A stretch of 64,000 nt of DNA, from positions 445,646 through 509,645 of the forward strand of contig CBDCTG010000002.1 in the NCBI GenBank assembly GCA_965222145.1. Reading direction: 5' to 3'. Every line of letters begins with the position of its first letter. The first letter of the stretch is position 1. This document shows, one piece after another, positions 17,232 to 27,548 of this stretch. This DNA comes from Dehalococcoidia bacterium (GTDB taxonomy: Bacteria > Chloroflexota > Dehalococcoidia > Lucifugimonadales > JADFKI01). The notes under the pieces are model-generated. The model was not told the origin of the DNA. It saw only the letters and a program-made list of their open reading frames with translations, and did no database searches. A program made the position numbers and the translations under genes.

Positions 17232-18044
17232 CTATTTCAGGTGCTCCAGCATCGAGAGCGGGGTGGTGGCGAGGACGCCGCCGTCTACGGGAAGGGTTAC
17301 GCCTGTAATCCAGCGAGATTCGTCGCTAGCGAGGAATAGCGCGGCCCAGGCGATGTCCCATGCGCTGCCCTCGGTGCCGAGCGGAGTGCTTCTGCGGCGC
17401 AGGTCACGCCCTTCCTCCGACAGCCTGCCCGCGACCATCGGGGTGTATAGCGGACCCGGAGCAATGCAGTTGACGCGCACGCCATCGCGCCCGTGATGCA
17501 CGGACATCTGCGTCGTGAGCGCGATGACGCCGGCCTTGGAAATTGCGTATGGGATGCTCGCGCCGCTGCTGCCGGCTCGTATGCCCGCTATCGAGGATAT
17601 GTTGATTATGGAGCCGCCGCCGGATTCCACCATGCGCGGCACTGCATACTTGCTGGTGAAGACCATGCTGCGAATATTGGTGGCCATTACTCGGTCGAAG
17701 TCTTCCTGCTCCACATCCACCACGGTGCCGGGGCTACCTATGCCCACATTGTTGAACAGGATATCCAGCCTGCCGTAGCGGGCAACGGCCTCCTCGGCTA
17801 TACGCGCGCAGTCGCCTTCGTATGTAACATCGGCTTGCAACTCGGACGCCACACCGCCTTCCTGTTCGATGGATGCCCGTGTATCCTCAGCGCGCTCCGG
17901 CACGGCGTCAACCAGCAGCACGCTTGCTCCCTCTCGCGCAAAGAGCGTGGATGCCGCCTTGCCTGTGCCCACACCGGGACCGCGCGACCCGGCGCCCGTC
18001 ACAATCGCCACCTTGCCGGCCAGCCTGCCGCTTTCGTTAGGCAT
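17232..18044 (-). CDS. SDR-family oxidoreductase
   Basis: GKVAIVTGAGSRGPGVGTG and YAISKAG motifs. AGGAGG RBS. Confidence 0.88.
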   Translation of the reverse strand: MPNESGRLAGKVAIVTGAGSRGPGVGTGKAASTLFAREGASVLLVDAVPERAEDTRASIEQEGGVASELQADVTYEGDCARIAEEAVARYGRLDILFNNVGIGSPGTVVDVEQEDFDRVMATNIRSMVFTSKYAVPRMVESGGGSIINISSIAGIRAGSSGASIPYAISKAGVIALTTQMSVHHGRDGVRVNCIAPGPLYTPMVAGRLSEEGRDLRRRSTPLGTEGSAWDIAWAALFLASDESRWITGVTLPVDGGVLATTPLSMLEHLK

Positions 18045-18143
18045 ATCCCTACCTCCTTTAGTTCAAAGTGCTATGCTATTCGTCTTGTTCATCAGATGTG
18101 TTAAGAGTATGTTAATGGCTGGGATTCTATTGCAGGGCATTGT

Positions 18144-18881
18144 ATGGCAATAGCGGCAGAAATTCAGGCCGACCTTTTGGCGACGGGTGCGAGGACGCTC
18201 GGCATACGCCTGTCCGAAACACAGATGAGCCGCTTTGTGCGATACTACGATGAGCTCGCGCGCTGGAATGAACGAGTTAACCTGACCGCGATTACGGAGT
18301 GGGAAGCCGTTCAGTCACGGCACTTCCTTGATTCGCTGTCGGCGGCGCAGGCGTTGTCGCCCCTAATGCTTCAATCCGGTTCATTCATAGACGTGGGAAG
18401 CGGTGGAGGCTTTCCCGGACTACCTTTGAAATTGGCGTTCCCGGGCATGCGCGGCACGCTACTTGAAGCGACCGCTAAGAAGACGGCATTCCTCGCGCAC
18501 CTGTCCGAGATCCTGGAACTGGAAGACATATCGGTTCGCACGGGCAGAGCGGAGACGCTAGCACATGAAGCAAAGATGCGCGAGGCGTTCGATATGGCGC
18601 TTGCCAGGGCAGTTGCGGAGGTGGCGACACTCGCAGAACTGACGTTGCCGTTCGTGCGAGTGGGCGGTATCGTGGTGATGCACAAGAAGGCGGACATCGC
18701 CGACGAACTGGAGCAGGCGCAGGGGGCGATAGAGACGCTGGGCGGCAGGCTGAGGGAGGTGCTGCCGGTGACACTACCAGGACTGGATGAGCGGGCTCTC
18801 GTTGTGCTTGAGAAGCAGCACCCAACGCCTGAACGATACCCCCGACGCCCTGGAATGCCCGCGAAACGCCCCTTGACCTGA
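18144..18881 (+). CDS. rsmG: 16S rRNA (guanine527-N7)-methyltransferase
   Basis: LARWNERVNLTAI and the SAM motif DVGSGGGFPGLPLK. Confidence 0.88.
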   Translation: MAIAAEIQADLLATGARTLGIRLSETQMSRFVRYYDELARWNERVNLTAITEWEAVQSRHFLDSLSAAQALSPLMLQSGSFIDVGSGGGFPGLPLKLAFPGMRGTLLEATAKKTAFLAHLSEILELEDISVRTGRAETLAHEAKMREAFDMALARAVAEVATLAELTLPFVRVGGIVVMHKKADIADELEQAQGAIETLGGRLREVLPVTLPGLDERALVVLEKQHPTPERYPRRPGMPAKRPLT

Positions 18882-18995
18882 CCCAAACGCGCCTCGCTTA
18901 AGTATTTTAAGTAAATTAGGCTGCTATGCTATTCTTGCCAATGTTCCGCCTGCGAATGCCAGGGAACAAAGCCTACAGAGCCCACAGCGCATAAT

Positions 18996-20048
18996 ATGAG
19001 TCAAATACCGGATTCACAAGATCGCCACGAGACGTCTGCACAAAGGCGAGGCACCACGCTCATCAAGCGGCGCATCTTTTCACTGCCTTCACTGCTGATG
19101 TTCTTGCTATTCGCCGTATTCGTCTATTTCCTGATAACGCGATTCCATCCGGACTGGCGCTCAATTTTCGGCACGATAGCCCACATGAACATCTGGCTCT
19201 ACGCGCTGGCGTTCGCGCTGTACTATGCGACATTCATTCTGCGCGGTCAGCGCTGGCGGATGCTTGCTCGGAACACGGGCGAGCTCGATACGCTGCCACG
19301 CGGTCAGGTCCCGACGGTGCGGGCGTCTTCGACATATATCCTCATCGGGTGGTTCATCAACTCCATCACCTGGTTGCGAATGGGCGACGGCTATCGCGCG
19401 TGGCTGTTCGCGCGCGGCAGCGGGGGTGGCTTCTCCTGGAGTTTAGGCACTGTGCTTGCGGAGCGCGTTCTGGATGTGGCTTCCATGCTGCTTATCCTGG
19501 TGGCGAGCGCCCTACTGCTCTCGACCACATCGGTGTCGAACATTGCGCAGACTGTGATATGGCTGACACTTGCAGTCGTCATAGTGGCGCTGTTCACGCT
19601 GCTGGCGATGAAGATGTGGGGAAGGCGTTTCGCGCGCTTCCTGCCCTCGCGGATGGAGGCGGAGTTTCATAGCTTTCAGAGTGGGACGCTAGGCAGCATG
19701 AAGCAGATGCCGACGGTCATTGCGCTGGGCGGCGTAGCGTGGATGCTGGAGGTCGCGCGGCTGTTTTTCGTGGTGCAGGCGTTGGGGCTGGATGTGCCAC
19801 TGGCGCTGGTAGCCATCGCGGCGCTCAGCGCGGCAATCCTGAGCACCATACCGATACCCGGCGGCGTCGGCTTCGTAGAGTCGGGCATTATTGGCGTGCT
19901 GCTATTGAGCCTGGGACGCCCCGAAGCGGTGTCGATTGCGGTTGTCGACCGCTCGATAACATTTGTCAGCGTGATCGCAATAGGCGGTGTGGTTTTCCTG
20001 GTAAGTCAGGTCTGGAAGCCTGGCCAGAGCGCTCCGGAATACACCTAA
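18996..20048 (+). CDS. UPF0104 / lysylphosphatidylglycerol-synthase-TM-like (flippase-like) membrane protein
   Basis: 350 aa, polytopic. The region LYALAFALYYATFILRGQRWRML is typical of the family. Confidence 0.6.
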   Translation: MSQIPDSQDRHETSAQRRGTTLIKRRIFSLPSLLMFLLFAVFVYFLITRFHPDWRSIFGTIAHMNIWLYALAFALYYATFILRGQRWRMLARNTGELDTLPRGQVPTVRASSTYILIGWFINSITWLRMGDGYRAWLFARGSGGGFSWSLGTVLAERVLDVASMLLILVASALLLSTTSVSNIAQTVIWLTLAVVIVALFTLLAMKMWGRRFARFLPSRMEAEFHSFQSGTLGSMKQMPTVIALGGVAWMLEVARLFFVVQALGLDVPLALVAIAALSAAILSTIPIPGGVGFVESGIIGVLLLSLGRPEAVSIAVVDRSITFVSVIAIGGVVFLVSQVWKPGQSAPEYT

Positions 20049-20170
20049 TGCGGTGTTGTCCTCTTCAACTCTTTGGAAACGCAATGAGGATTATGTTATG
20101 TTCAGGGCTAGAAAAGGTCTTGTGGAAATTTGTGCGATTGATTATATTAAAAAATGTTGAGTATTCAATC

Positions 20171-20199
20171 TTGACATAAGTCTGAAACAGGCGTAAACT
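20171..20199 (+). promoter_or_regulatory. Candidate sigma70-type promoter
   Basis: TTGACA (20171-20176), 17-nt spacer, TAAACT (20194-20199). About 40 nt upstream of the ATG at 20241. Confidence 0.45.
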
Positions 20200-20240
20200 C
20201 GCCTGAGCATCAAAAATTCTGCGGGAGGTAGTCGATAAAG

Positions 20241-21503
20241 ATGCTTAAAGAAATTCCTAAAAAGACCGTAAGCCATGTCGTAACGAGGCCGGGGAGACTC
20301 CATGGAGACCCCGATGTAGAGATTCCTGTCGCAATTGATCTGGCGACCGTACCTGGTATCCCGAAGAGGGATGAGGATGTCTCTTTCTATAGCCGGGTCT
20401 ATCCGGTAGAGTCGCAGAACATTGAGAAGGCAGCGGACCGTGATTGGGTCTGGACGGTCTATACTGCGGAAGTTCTGAAGTATCGCGAGCGCCACGACGA
20501 GATTAACCAGCCCCTCGTGGACGCCTCCTTGCTCACCGGTGACATTCAGCCGACCGGGACGCCTGAAGCCGGCAAGAACATGACCGCCGTCATCCGGCTC
20601 AAGGCACGAGAGCTTGGCTTTGGTGAGGTCGGCTTCACGAAGTTCGACCACAAGTACGCCTACATGAGCAAGAAGCGCTGGGTCAAGTACGAGCACACCA
20701 TCTGCCTCGCGCTTGAGCAGGACTACTACCAGACGCAGACCATCCCCAGCATTGAGGCTGAGTTTGCCCACTTCGGCACATACGAGATTGAGGGCGCGCT
20801 TGCGCTCGACCTAGCGGACTATATCCGCAGCCTTGGCTACCATGCCCAGGTTCACAGCCCGAACGACAACAGCGGCGTCTATATTCCGATGTTCGTCGCG
20901 GCGGGTCTGGGCCAGCTTGGCGCAAACGGTCAGTTGCTGTCACCGCACTTCGGTTCGAGGGCGCGCCTGGCGATGATTACGACCGACGCCCCTGTGAGCT
21001 ACGATGAGCCGGTTGACTACGGCCTGCACAACTTCTGCCAGATCTGCCAGGTTTGCGTGAACCGCTGCCCGGGTCGTGCGCTGGTCAAGGAAAAAGTATG
21101 GTGGCGCGGCGCTGAGAAGAACAAGCTCATCTACGAGCGCTGCCGACCGGTTATGGCTCGCTACGATGGCTGTGGCATCTGCATGAAGGTCTGCCCGATC
21201 CAGAAATACGGCGCACCTTCAGTCATGCAGTACTATGTTGACACCGGCGAGGTGCTCGGCAAAGGCACTGACAACCTCGAAGGCTACGAAATCCCTGAAA
21301 AGGGCTACTTCGGGCCCGGCAGCCTGCCGCAGTTCAACCGCCAGTTCTTCGAGATTCCGCACGGCCGCAGAGAAGAGTGGCTGTTCGAGGAGTTCAAGGA
21401 GAAGCTCGAGAACGATATGCTTCCTACTGAGGAGGTCATGGACTTCGCGGTCGAGCTGAAGAAGATCCTCGACGAGGGCGGCACGACGCGCGGCGACGAG
21501 TAA
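20241..21503 (+). CDS. RdhA/QueG-superfamily 4Fe-4S protein (cytoplasmic reductive-dehalogenase-like)
   Basis: AAGLGQLGANGQLLSPHFGSRARLAMITTD followed by CQICQVCVNRCP and CGICMKVCP cluster motifs. No TAT signal. Confidence 0.6.
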   Translation: MLKEIPKKTVSHVVTRPGRLHGDPDVEIPVAIDLATVPGIPKRDEDVSFYSRVYPVESQNIEKAADRDWVWTVYTAEVLKYRERHDEINQPLVDASLLTGDIQPTGTPEAGKNMTAVIRLKARELGFGEVGFTKFDHKYAYMSKKRWVKYEHTICLALEQDYYQTQTIPSIEAEFAHFGTYEIEGALALDLADYIRSLGYHAQVHSPNDNSGVYIPMFVAAGLGQLGANGQLLSPHFGSRARLAMITTDAPVSYDEPVDYGLHNFCQICQVCVNRCPGRALVKEKVWWRGAEKNKLIYERCRPVMARYDGCGICMKVCPIQKYGAPSVMQYYVDTGEVLGKGTDNLEGYEIPEKGYFGPGSLPQFNRQFFEIPHGRREEWLFEEFKEKLENDMLPTEEVMDFAVELKKILDEGGTTRGDE

Positions 21504-21572
21504 AAGTTTTAGCGGTGATTTGATTGGTAGGGGCAGCCCTTGTGGTTGCCCCTAGCTTACCAACAAGAGGGG

Positions 21573-21761
21573 AAAATGTTCAAAAGGCCACAGATTGAAG
21601 CACTGTTCGCCGAGCTAAAAAGCGAATGGCAAGGCAAGCCCGACTTCGAGAGGATCCACCGCGACGTTGACCTCGGCATTGCATACTACGATGCAGGGAA
21701 GTCTATCGTCGACCTCGACGAAAGAGCGGTGGCGCTCATCGAAAAGCACAAGCCTGAATAG
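21573..21761 (+). CDS. Small hypothetical protein
   Basis: 62 aa starting MFKRPQIEALF, with a GAGGGG RBS upstream and a terminator downstream. Confidence 0.5.
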   Translation, partial: KMFKRPQIEALFAELKSEWQGKPDFERIHRDVDLGIAYYDAGKSIVDLDERAVALIEKHKPE

Positions 21762-21788
21762 CTAACACACGCTCACATATCTGGGTAA

Positions 21789-21824
21789 AATAGGGGTACG
21801 CATTGACGTACCCCTATTTTCTTT
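21789..21824 (+). terminator. Rho-independent terminator
   Basis: TAGGGGTACG (21791-21800) pairs with CGTACCCCTA (21807-21816), followed by TTTTCTTT. Confidence 0.75.
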
Positions 21825-21882
21825 GTAGCTCGTATCGTGGTATCGTCCATTCACTGAGTATCTGAACAACGGATCTGTCAGC

Positions 21883-22467
21883 ATGAAACGAGCATCCCAA
21901 ATCGGCATACTGCGTCCATTTGCAGCCGTTCTTGCGGTGATCGGGCTCATAAGCCTGTTCATTCTGGGCTATCGGTCTCTTGCGGGAAGAGGTAAGGACG
22001 CTGAAATCGCCCCGGAGCCTCAGCAGCCACCGCCGCAGCCTGCCAGAACGCCCGGCGGAAGACGACTGCTGCGATTCGGCGTCAGGCATCCGCTCGCCAT
22101 CGCCCTGATTGTAGTGATACTCGTAGTAGTCGCAACGATGGCATATCTTCCGTTCGCGAATACAACATCGACCATCGGAGGCATAGAGCATCAGCCGTCC
22201 GACTACGACAAATTCTTCACCTACTCGCAGATGGAATCGATGACGCACTTCGCAATGTGCGACGCGATGCTGTTTTCCACCAGACCTGAGGAGGAGTTGG
22301 AAAATGTGAAGGAGCGCATAGCGATAGAGGTCGAGTTCGATAGCTCGGCAGGCGCGGGCGCGGCGAGTCAGGCAGGCAGGTACACTAGGCGTGTGCGCAG
22401 CCCCGAGGAGATAGCCGAGGCAATCAGGTTGGCGAGCGAGTTCTACGAGCGCGTCAACTGCATATAA
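21883..22467 (+). CDS. Hypothetical membrane-anchored protein
   Basis: 194 aa with two hydrophobic helices and an acidic C-terminal domain. Preferred over the overlapping minus-strand 227-aa ORF, which is Arg/Cys/His-rich. Confidence 0.5.
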   Translation: MKRASQIGILRPFAAVLAVIGLISLFILGYRSLAGRGKDAEIAPEPQQPPPQPARTPGGRRLLRFGVRHPLAIALIVVILVVVATMAYLPFANTTSTIGGIEHQPSDYDKFFTYSQMESMTHFAMCDAMLFSTRPEEELENVKERIAIEVEFDSSAGAGAASQAGRYTRRVRSPEEIAEAIRLASEFYERVNCI

Positions 22468-22561
22468 TCTGGATAACATAGACTTCAGGATTAACATGTT
22501 ACTATCCTGTGTATCCTGTTAAATTATTGACACAACAACGAGAAGGAGAAGAGAGTTAGTT

Positions 22562-24250
<1,689 letters not shown>

Positions 24251-24260
24251 AAATTTTTAT

Positions 24261-24297
24261 CTCCCTCCCCCTCTGGGGGAGGGTTGGGTTGGGGGAG
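24261..24297. repeat. REP-like GC-rich palindrome after ilvD
   Basis: CCCTCCCCC (24263-24271) pairs with GGGGGAGGG (24275-24283), then TTGGGTTGGGGGA. Same sequence type as the elements inside the CDS at 27549-29093. Confidence 0.65.
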
Positions 24298-24333
24298 AAA
24301 ATATCCCCTTTATCGCGTCCATCTAAGCATAAT

Positions 24334-24367
24334 CCTAAGAGCCTATGTTTCCTAAGAGCCTATGTTT
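24334..24367 (+). repeat. Perfect 17-bp tandem duplication CCTAAGAGCCTATGTTT x2
   Basis: Copies at 24334-24350 and 24351-24367. The second copy contains the ATG at 24362. Confidence 0.85.
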
Positions 24368-24727
24368 GATGAACATGCCAAAGACGCGCTGCTTGGCGCA
24401 GTCATAGGTGTCTTGTTCGGCTCTGCCGTCTGCACTTTCGTAGCCGCAATTGTGGGCGGAATCGCTTATTCGATTGCAGGCGCCGATAAGCCCTTGGACA
24501 TATTTCTCGTACTCTCGACAAGCGCCCTCACCTGCGTAATCGTAGGCGCTGTTTTGGGAGCGCGGGCAGGGCACTACGAAGGTTTGGGCTTGTCGCTCAC
24601 CGTAATCAAGGGCGTAATCGTGGGCGGCTCTATCGGAGTCATAGCCACGTTCTTCTCAGGCATAGTCATAAGCACTATAATCGGCTCGGCAACAGGCATC
24701 CTCTCCGGCTTCTGGTTCGACCGCTGA
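24362..24727 (+). CDS. Small Gly/Ala/Ile-rich membrane protein (glycine-zipper-like)
   Basis: 121 aa with four hydrophobic segments rich in GxxxG-type spacing. Confidence 0.55.
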   Translation: MFDEHAKDALLGAVIGVLFGSAVCTFVAAIVGGIAYSIAGADKPLDIFLVLSTSALTCVIVGAVLGARAGHYEGLGLSLTVIKGVIVGGSIGVIATFFSGIVISTIIGSATGILSGFWFDR

Positions 24728-24747
24728 CCAACCGAACGATACCTTAT

Positions 24748-26465
24748 CCCGAATCCACCGAAGAGTCATGGTATCTCTGCCGGAGCGTGGGTGAAGGACG
24801 CGGCAAGGTGGCGGTGCGGGTATGATGCCGACGCTGGAGCGTTCTGAAGGTCCCCGGTCGTGATGTTGAACGCCAATGGAGGCCCACAGTGGCGATTGTG
24901 GGTGAAGTTGACGAATCGGTGAGCAGCAGGGGATACTCACGGTCCGGTCCGGCGCGAGTCTGGGGATGAGATGGGTTATGGAGTGTATGGTGGGCAGTCG
25001 TCGCCGCTGCCGTCAGCTGTCAGCTCGGTAACGGAATGGTTCGCAGTCTGGCCAGAGCGCGGCCGAACTGTGTTTCCCAGGGCCAGCGCTGGGGAAGATG
25101 CAGGGTGAGACGGCGTGCCGAGCGTGTAAGCCGTCCGGCGAGGGAGAAGAATCGTCTGCGCAAGGTCTTGGTGGTGGAGGCTCGTTCTTCCAGTCCGATG
25201 CGGGAGGTCCAGCGAGCCAGATTGTGAGCCATCACCTGCACGGCCAACCAGGCGGCGTTGGCTGCGAAGCGCCCTGAGGGCAGATGGTTCAGTCCTACGC
25301 CGTACTTCAGGTCGCGGATGGCGTTCTCCACCTCGGCGTGGCGGCGATGGTCGGCCTCCAGTTGGAGGGTGTCGCCCTCTCGGTCCGTGATGAAACCGTG
25401 ATAGCTGTAGTTGGTGAAGAGCGCCAGTTGAGAGCCGGGCGTGGGCTTCACTCTGCGGACGATGAGTCGCACTGGTGCGGCGTCGGGCTTGCTCTCGAAG
25501 GGAGTGTAAATGGTCTCGGCCACATCGGCTGTGCCGTCCATCCAGTAGGGTATGGGTGTCCAGTCCGTCTCTGGTATGGCCTCGATGAGATTGCGCAGTC
25601 GGGGGTGCTGTCGGACGGTGATGGAGAAGCGGACATCCATCTTGCGACAGACGGCAACGATGGTGTGGGCATAGAAGCCGCTGTCGGCCCGCACCGTGAG
25701 CGCTCCCGTGGCTCCGGCGTAGCGCACTCGCGCCACCGTCTCCCGCAGGAAGTTGGCTGCGCCCCGGGCGGTGTTGGCTCGGCCCTTGCGCAGTCGTGCC
25801 ATCAGCACGTCGCCGGTTCCTGAGGCAACGGCCAGCAGCGGATGATAGCCCCGCTGGCCGGTGTAGTTGTGATGGCGCGCTCCCTCCTTTGCCAGTCCAT
25901 AGGTCTCGCAGACCGTCGAGTCTATGTCGATCGTCAGAGGCGAGTCCTCGGGGCCTGCCCCGGCGTCCCAGGCACGCGCCAGAAACTCTCGGCTCACCCG
26001 GTCCAACTGTCGCACATGTCCCCAGCGGAAACTGCGTAGGAATGTCCCCAGCGTGGATGGAGCCTTGACCACACAACCCAGTACCGAGGAGGTCCTGCCC
26101 GCCCGCAACACGTCGGCATCGTCAATGCAGTCGCCACCGACCAGAGCCGACGCCACCAGGGTCAGTATCTTGTCCCCGGTGTTGGCCCGCCCCGGGGCGT
26201 CGCCCAGGTCAACGTGGTTGTCGACGAGTTGGCTCAGACCCAGACGCCCGGCCAGGGTGACCGGCAGGATCAGCCCGGCATTGGCTACCAGGCGGGGATC
26301 GTCGAAGGCGATTTGGATGCGGTCAGGGTGGTTACGTGGTAGCATCTGTTGGGTGCTCCTTTTCTGTGACAGGTTTTGTGTTGTAAAACCATTATCTCAG
26401 ATTCAGAGGTGCACCCTTTTGCTTCTTCAGGAGGCCTCTCACACGCCCCCCTCGGTGGATTGGGG
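24748..26465 (-). mobile_element. IS1380-family insertion sequence, copy 1 (1718 bp)
   Basis: Termini are CCCGAATCCACCGAAG ... and ... CCTCGGTGGATTGGGG (imperfect inverted repeats). Flanked by CTTAT (24743-24747) and CTTAG (26466-26470). Every ORF in every frame matches copy 2. Confidence 0.9.
25020..26345 (-). CDS. IS1380-family transposase
   Basis: 441 aa. IDIDSTVCETYGLAKEGARHHNYTGQRGYHPLLA, HRRHAEVENAIRDLKYGVGLNHLPSGRFAANAAWLAVQVMAHNLARW. Confidence 0.9.
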   Translation of the reverse strand: MLPRNHPDRIQIAFDDPRLVANAGLILPVTLAGRLGLSQLVDNHVDLGDAPGRANTGDKILTLVASALVGGDCIDDADVLRAGRTSSVLGCVVKAPSTLGTFLRSFRWGHVRQLDRVSREFLARAWDAGAGPEDSPLTIDIDSTVCETYGLAKEGARHHNYTGQRGYHPLLAVASGTGDVLMARLRKGRANTARGAANFLRETVARVRYAGATGALTVRADSGFYAHTIVAVCRKMDVRFSITVRQHPRLRNLIEAIPETDWTPIPYWMDGTADVAETIYTPFESKPDAAPVRLIVRRVKPTPGSQLALFTNYSYHGFITDREGDTLQLEADHRRHAEVENAIRDLKYGVGLNHLPSGRFAANAAWLAVQVMAHNLARWTSRIGLEERASTTKTLRRRFFSLAGRLTRSARRLTLHLPQRWPWETQFGRALARLRTIPLPS

Positions 26466-26477
26466 CTTAGGAATTAC

Positions 26478-26840
26478 TTGAGGAAAATCATACTTGTGCG
26501 AATTGTGTTAGCTCTAGCTATGACATCCTTGCTTGTATTCGTTGTCCTAGGTCTTATTGTCTCTGCGACAAGGCTGGGGCAATTGGATGCACAGATAGAC
26601 TTGGCTGAAGGTTCTGTTGCACGTATCGAGTTTGGGTCGGACGCTCCCACTCTGCCAAATGGACTTGATTGCTCAGAGAATTCAAGAGCGTGCATATTCA
26701 ATGTGATTCATACGACCGACCTTTATGTATTCTTTCGACTGACCAACTCGGAGTCATTTTCAAACAAAGAGGCTGAAGTGTATGCCTTGCCGCACCATGC
26801 TTTCGCCAATTTCGTTTATCTAATTGAAGACCTTGACTGA
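26478..26840 (+). CDS. Hypothetical N-terminally anchored small protein (visibly lower GC)
   Basis: TM segment IVLALAMTSLLVFVVLGLIV. Start uncertain: TTG 26478 with AGGA upstream, or ATG 26520. Begins just beyond the IS1380 end. Confidence 0.4.
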   Translation: MRKIILVRIVLALAMTSLLVFVVLGLIVSATRLGQLDAQIDLAEGSVARIEFGSDAPTLPNGLDCSENSRACIFNVIHTTDLYVFFRLTNSESFSNKEAEVYALPHHAFANFVYLIEDLD

Positions 26841-26979
26841 TGACCCTGTAGGGGCGTCATAAGGATTATCATTAGAAGAACCTCCGCGCTCACCAATCCC
26901 ACCACCAAATCCAAGCACCGAAAAGGCCATGCGAATCAACACACCTTTCATCACTCCCATCCATTCCCTCCCACACCCC

Positions 26980-27219
26980 TCAAGCCAACTCCAGATCATC
27001 CTCAGGAATCCCGCTCAAGGGTGCATTAAGCATATCGATCTGCACGTCGTAATGGGCAACGCCGGTGTCGTGCCCCGGTCCGCCGTCCCCGTCCAATAGC
27101 GACTCGGATTCCGCTCCGTTAGACTCGTGAACTCTGGTCACAGCGCCTTCGAATCCGAGGAACGCAGGGTTGTCGTACTCCAGAATCCTTACTAAATCAC
27201 CACGTCTGAACTTGGCCAT
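26980..27219 (-). CDS. Small hypothetical acidic protein
   Basis: 79 aa with a strong GGAGGAG RBS. The N-terminal KFRRGDLVRI ... G ... GAV looks KOW/SH3-like (weak). Confidence 0.55.
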   Translation of the reverse strand: MAKFRRGDLVRILEYDNPAFLGFEGAVTRVHESNGAESESLLDGDGGPGHDTGVAHYDVQIDMLNAPLSGIPEDDLELA

Positions 27220-27430
27220 TATTACTCCTCCGAACTGGCAGCCCTAAACCCGTAAGAAGATAGCTGGACCGCTTAACAAAAGGAACCATTACCCACCCAG
27301 ATTACCAGTAGCAGCATTGCTACGCGAGGCAACCCCCGGAATGACGCCAACCATTGGCTGACACCCAACCCTTCCAATCACACTCCGCCCTAAGCCGAAC
27401 CCCGCAAATTCTGCCTGACATATCCCGCCC

Positions 27431-27459
27431 TTGACAACTCAAACATTCGTACTTACAAT
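27431..27459 (+). promoter_or_regulatory. Strong sigma70-type promoter of repeat-protein paralogue B
   Basis: TTGACA (27431-27436), 17-nt spacer, TACAAT (27454-27459). Shares CCCTTGACAACYCAAAC with 14689-14705. Confidence 0.6.
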
Positions 27460-27548
27460 GGATACCTAACGGAACGAACATATATTCGCAGTGAAGCAGT
27501 CGATTCACATCACTGACAACTGTGAACTGAAACTGAAAACTAAAGCCT

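Noticed and set aside
21814-22497. 227-aa minus-strand ORF overlapping the 21883-22467 plus-strand ORF
   Set aside because: Its composition is Arg/Cys/His-rich with no hydrophobic or domain pattern. The plus-strand product has coherent TM segments and an acidic domain. Neither call is strongly supported.
24976-26076. 366-aa ORF inside IS1380 (also at 45128-46228)
   Set aside because: It is an alternative frame of the transposase gene on the same strand. It is extremely Arg/Pro/Gly/His-rich with no domain signature. The 441-aa frame carries the IS1380 transposase motifs.
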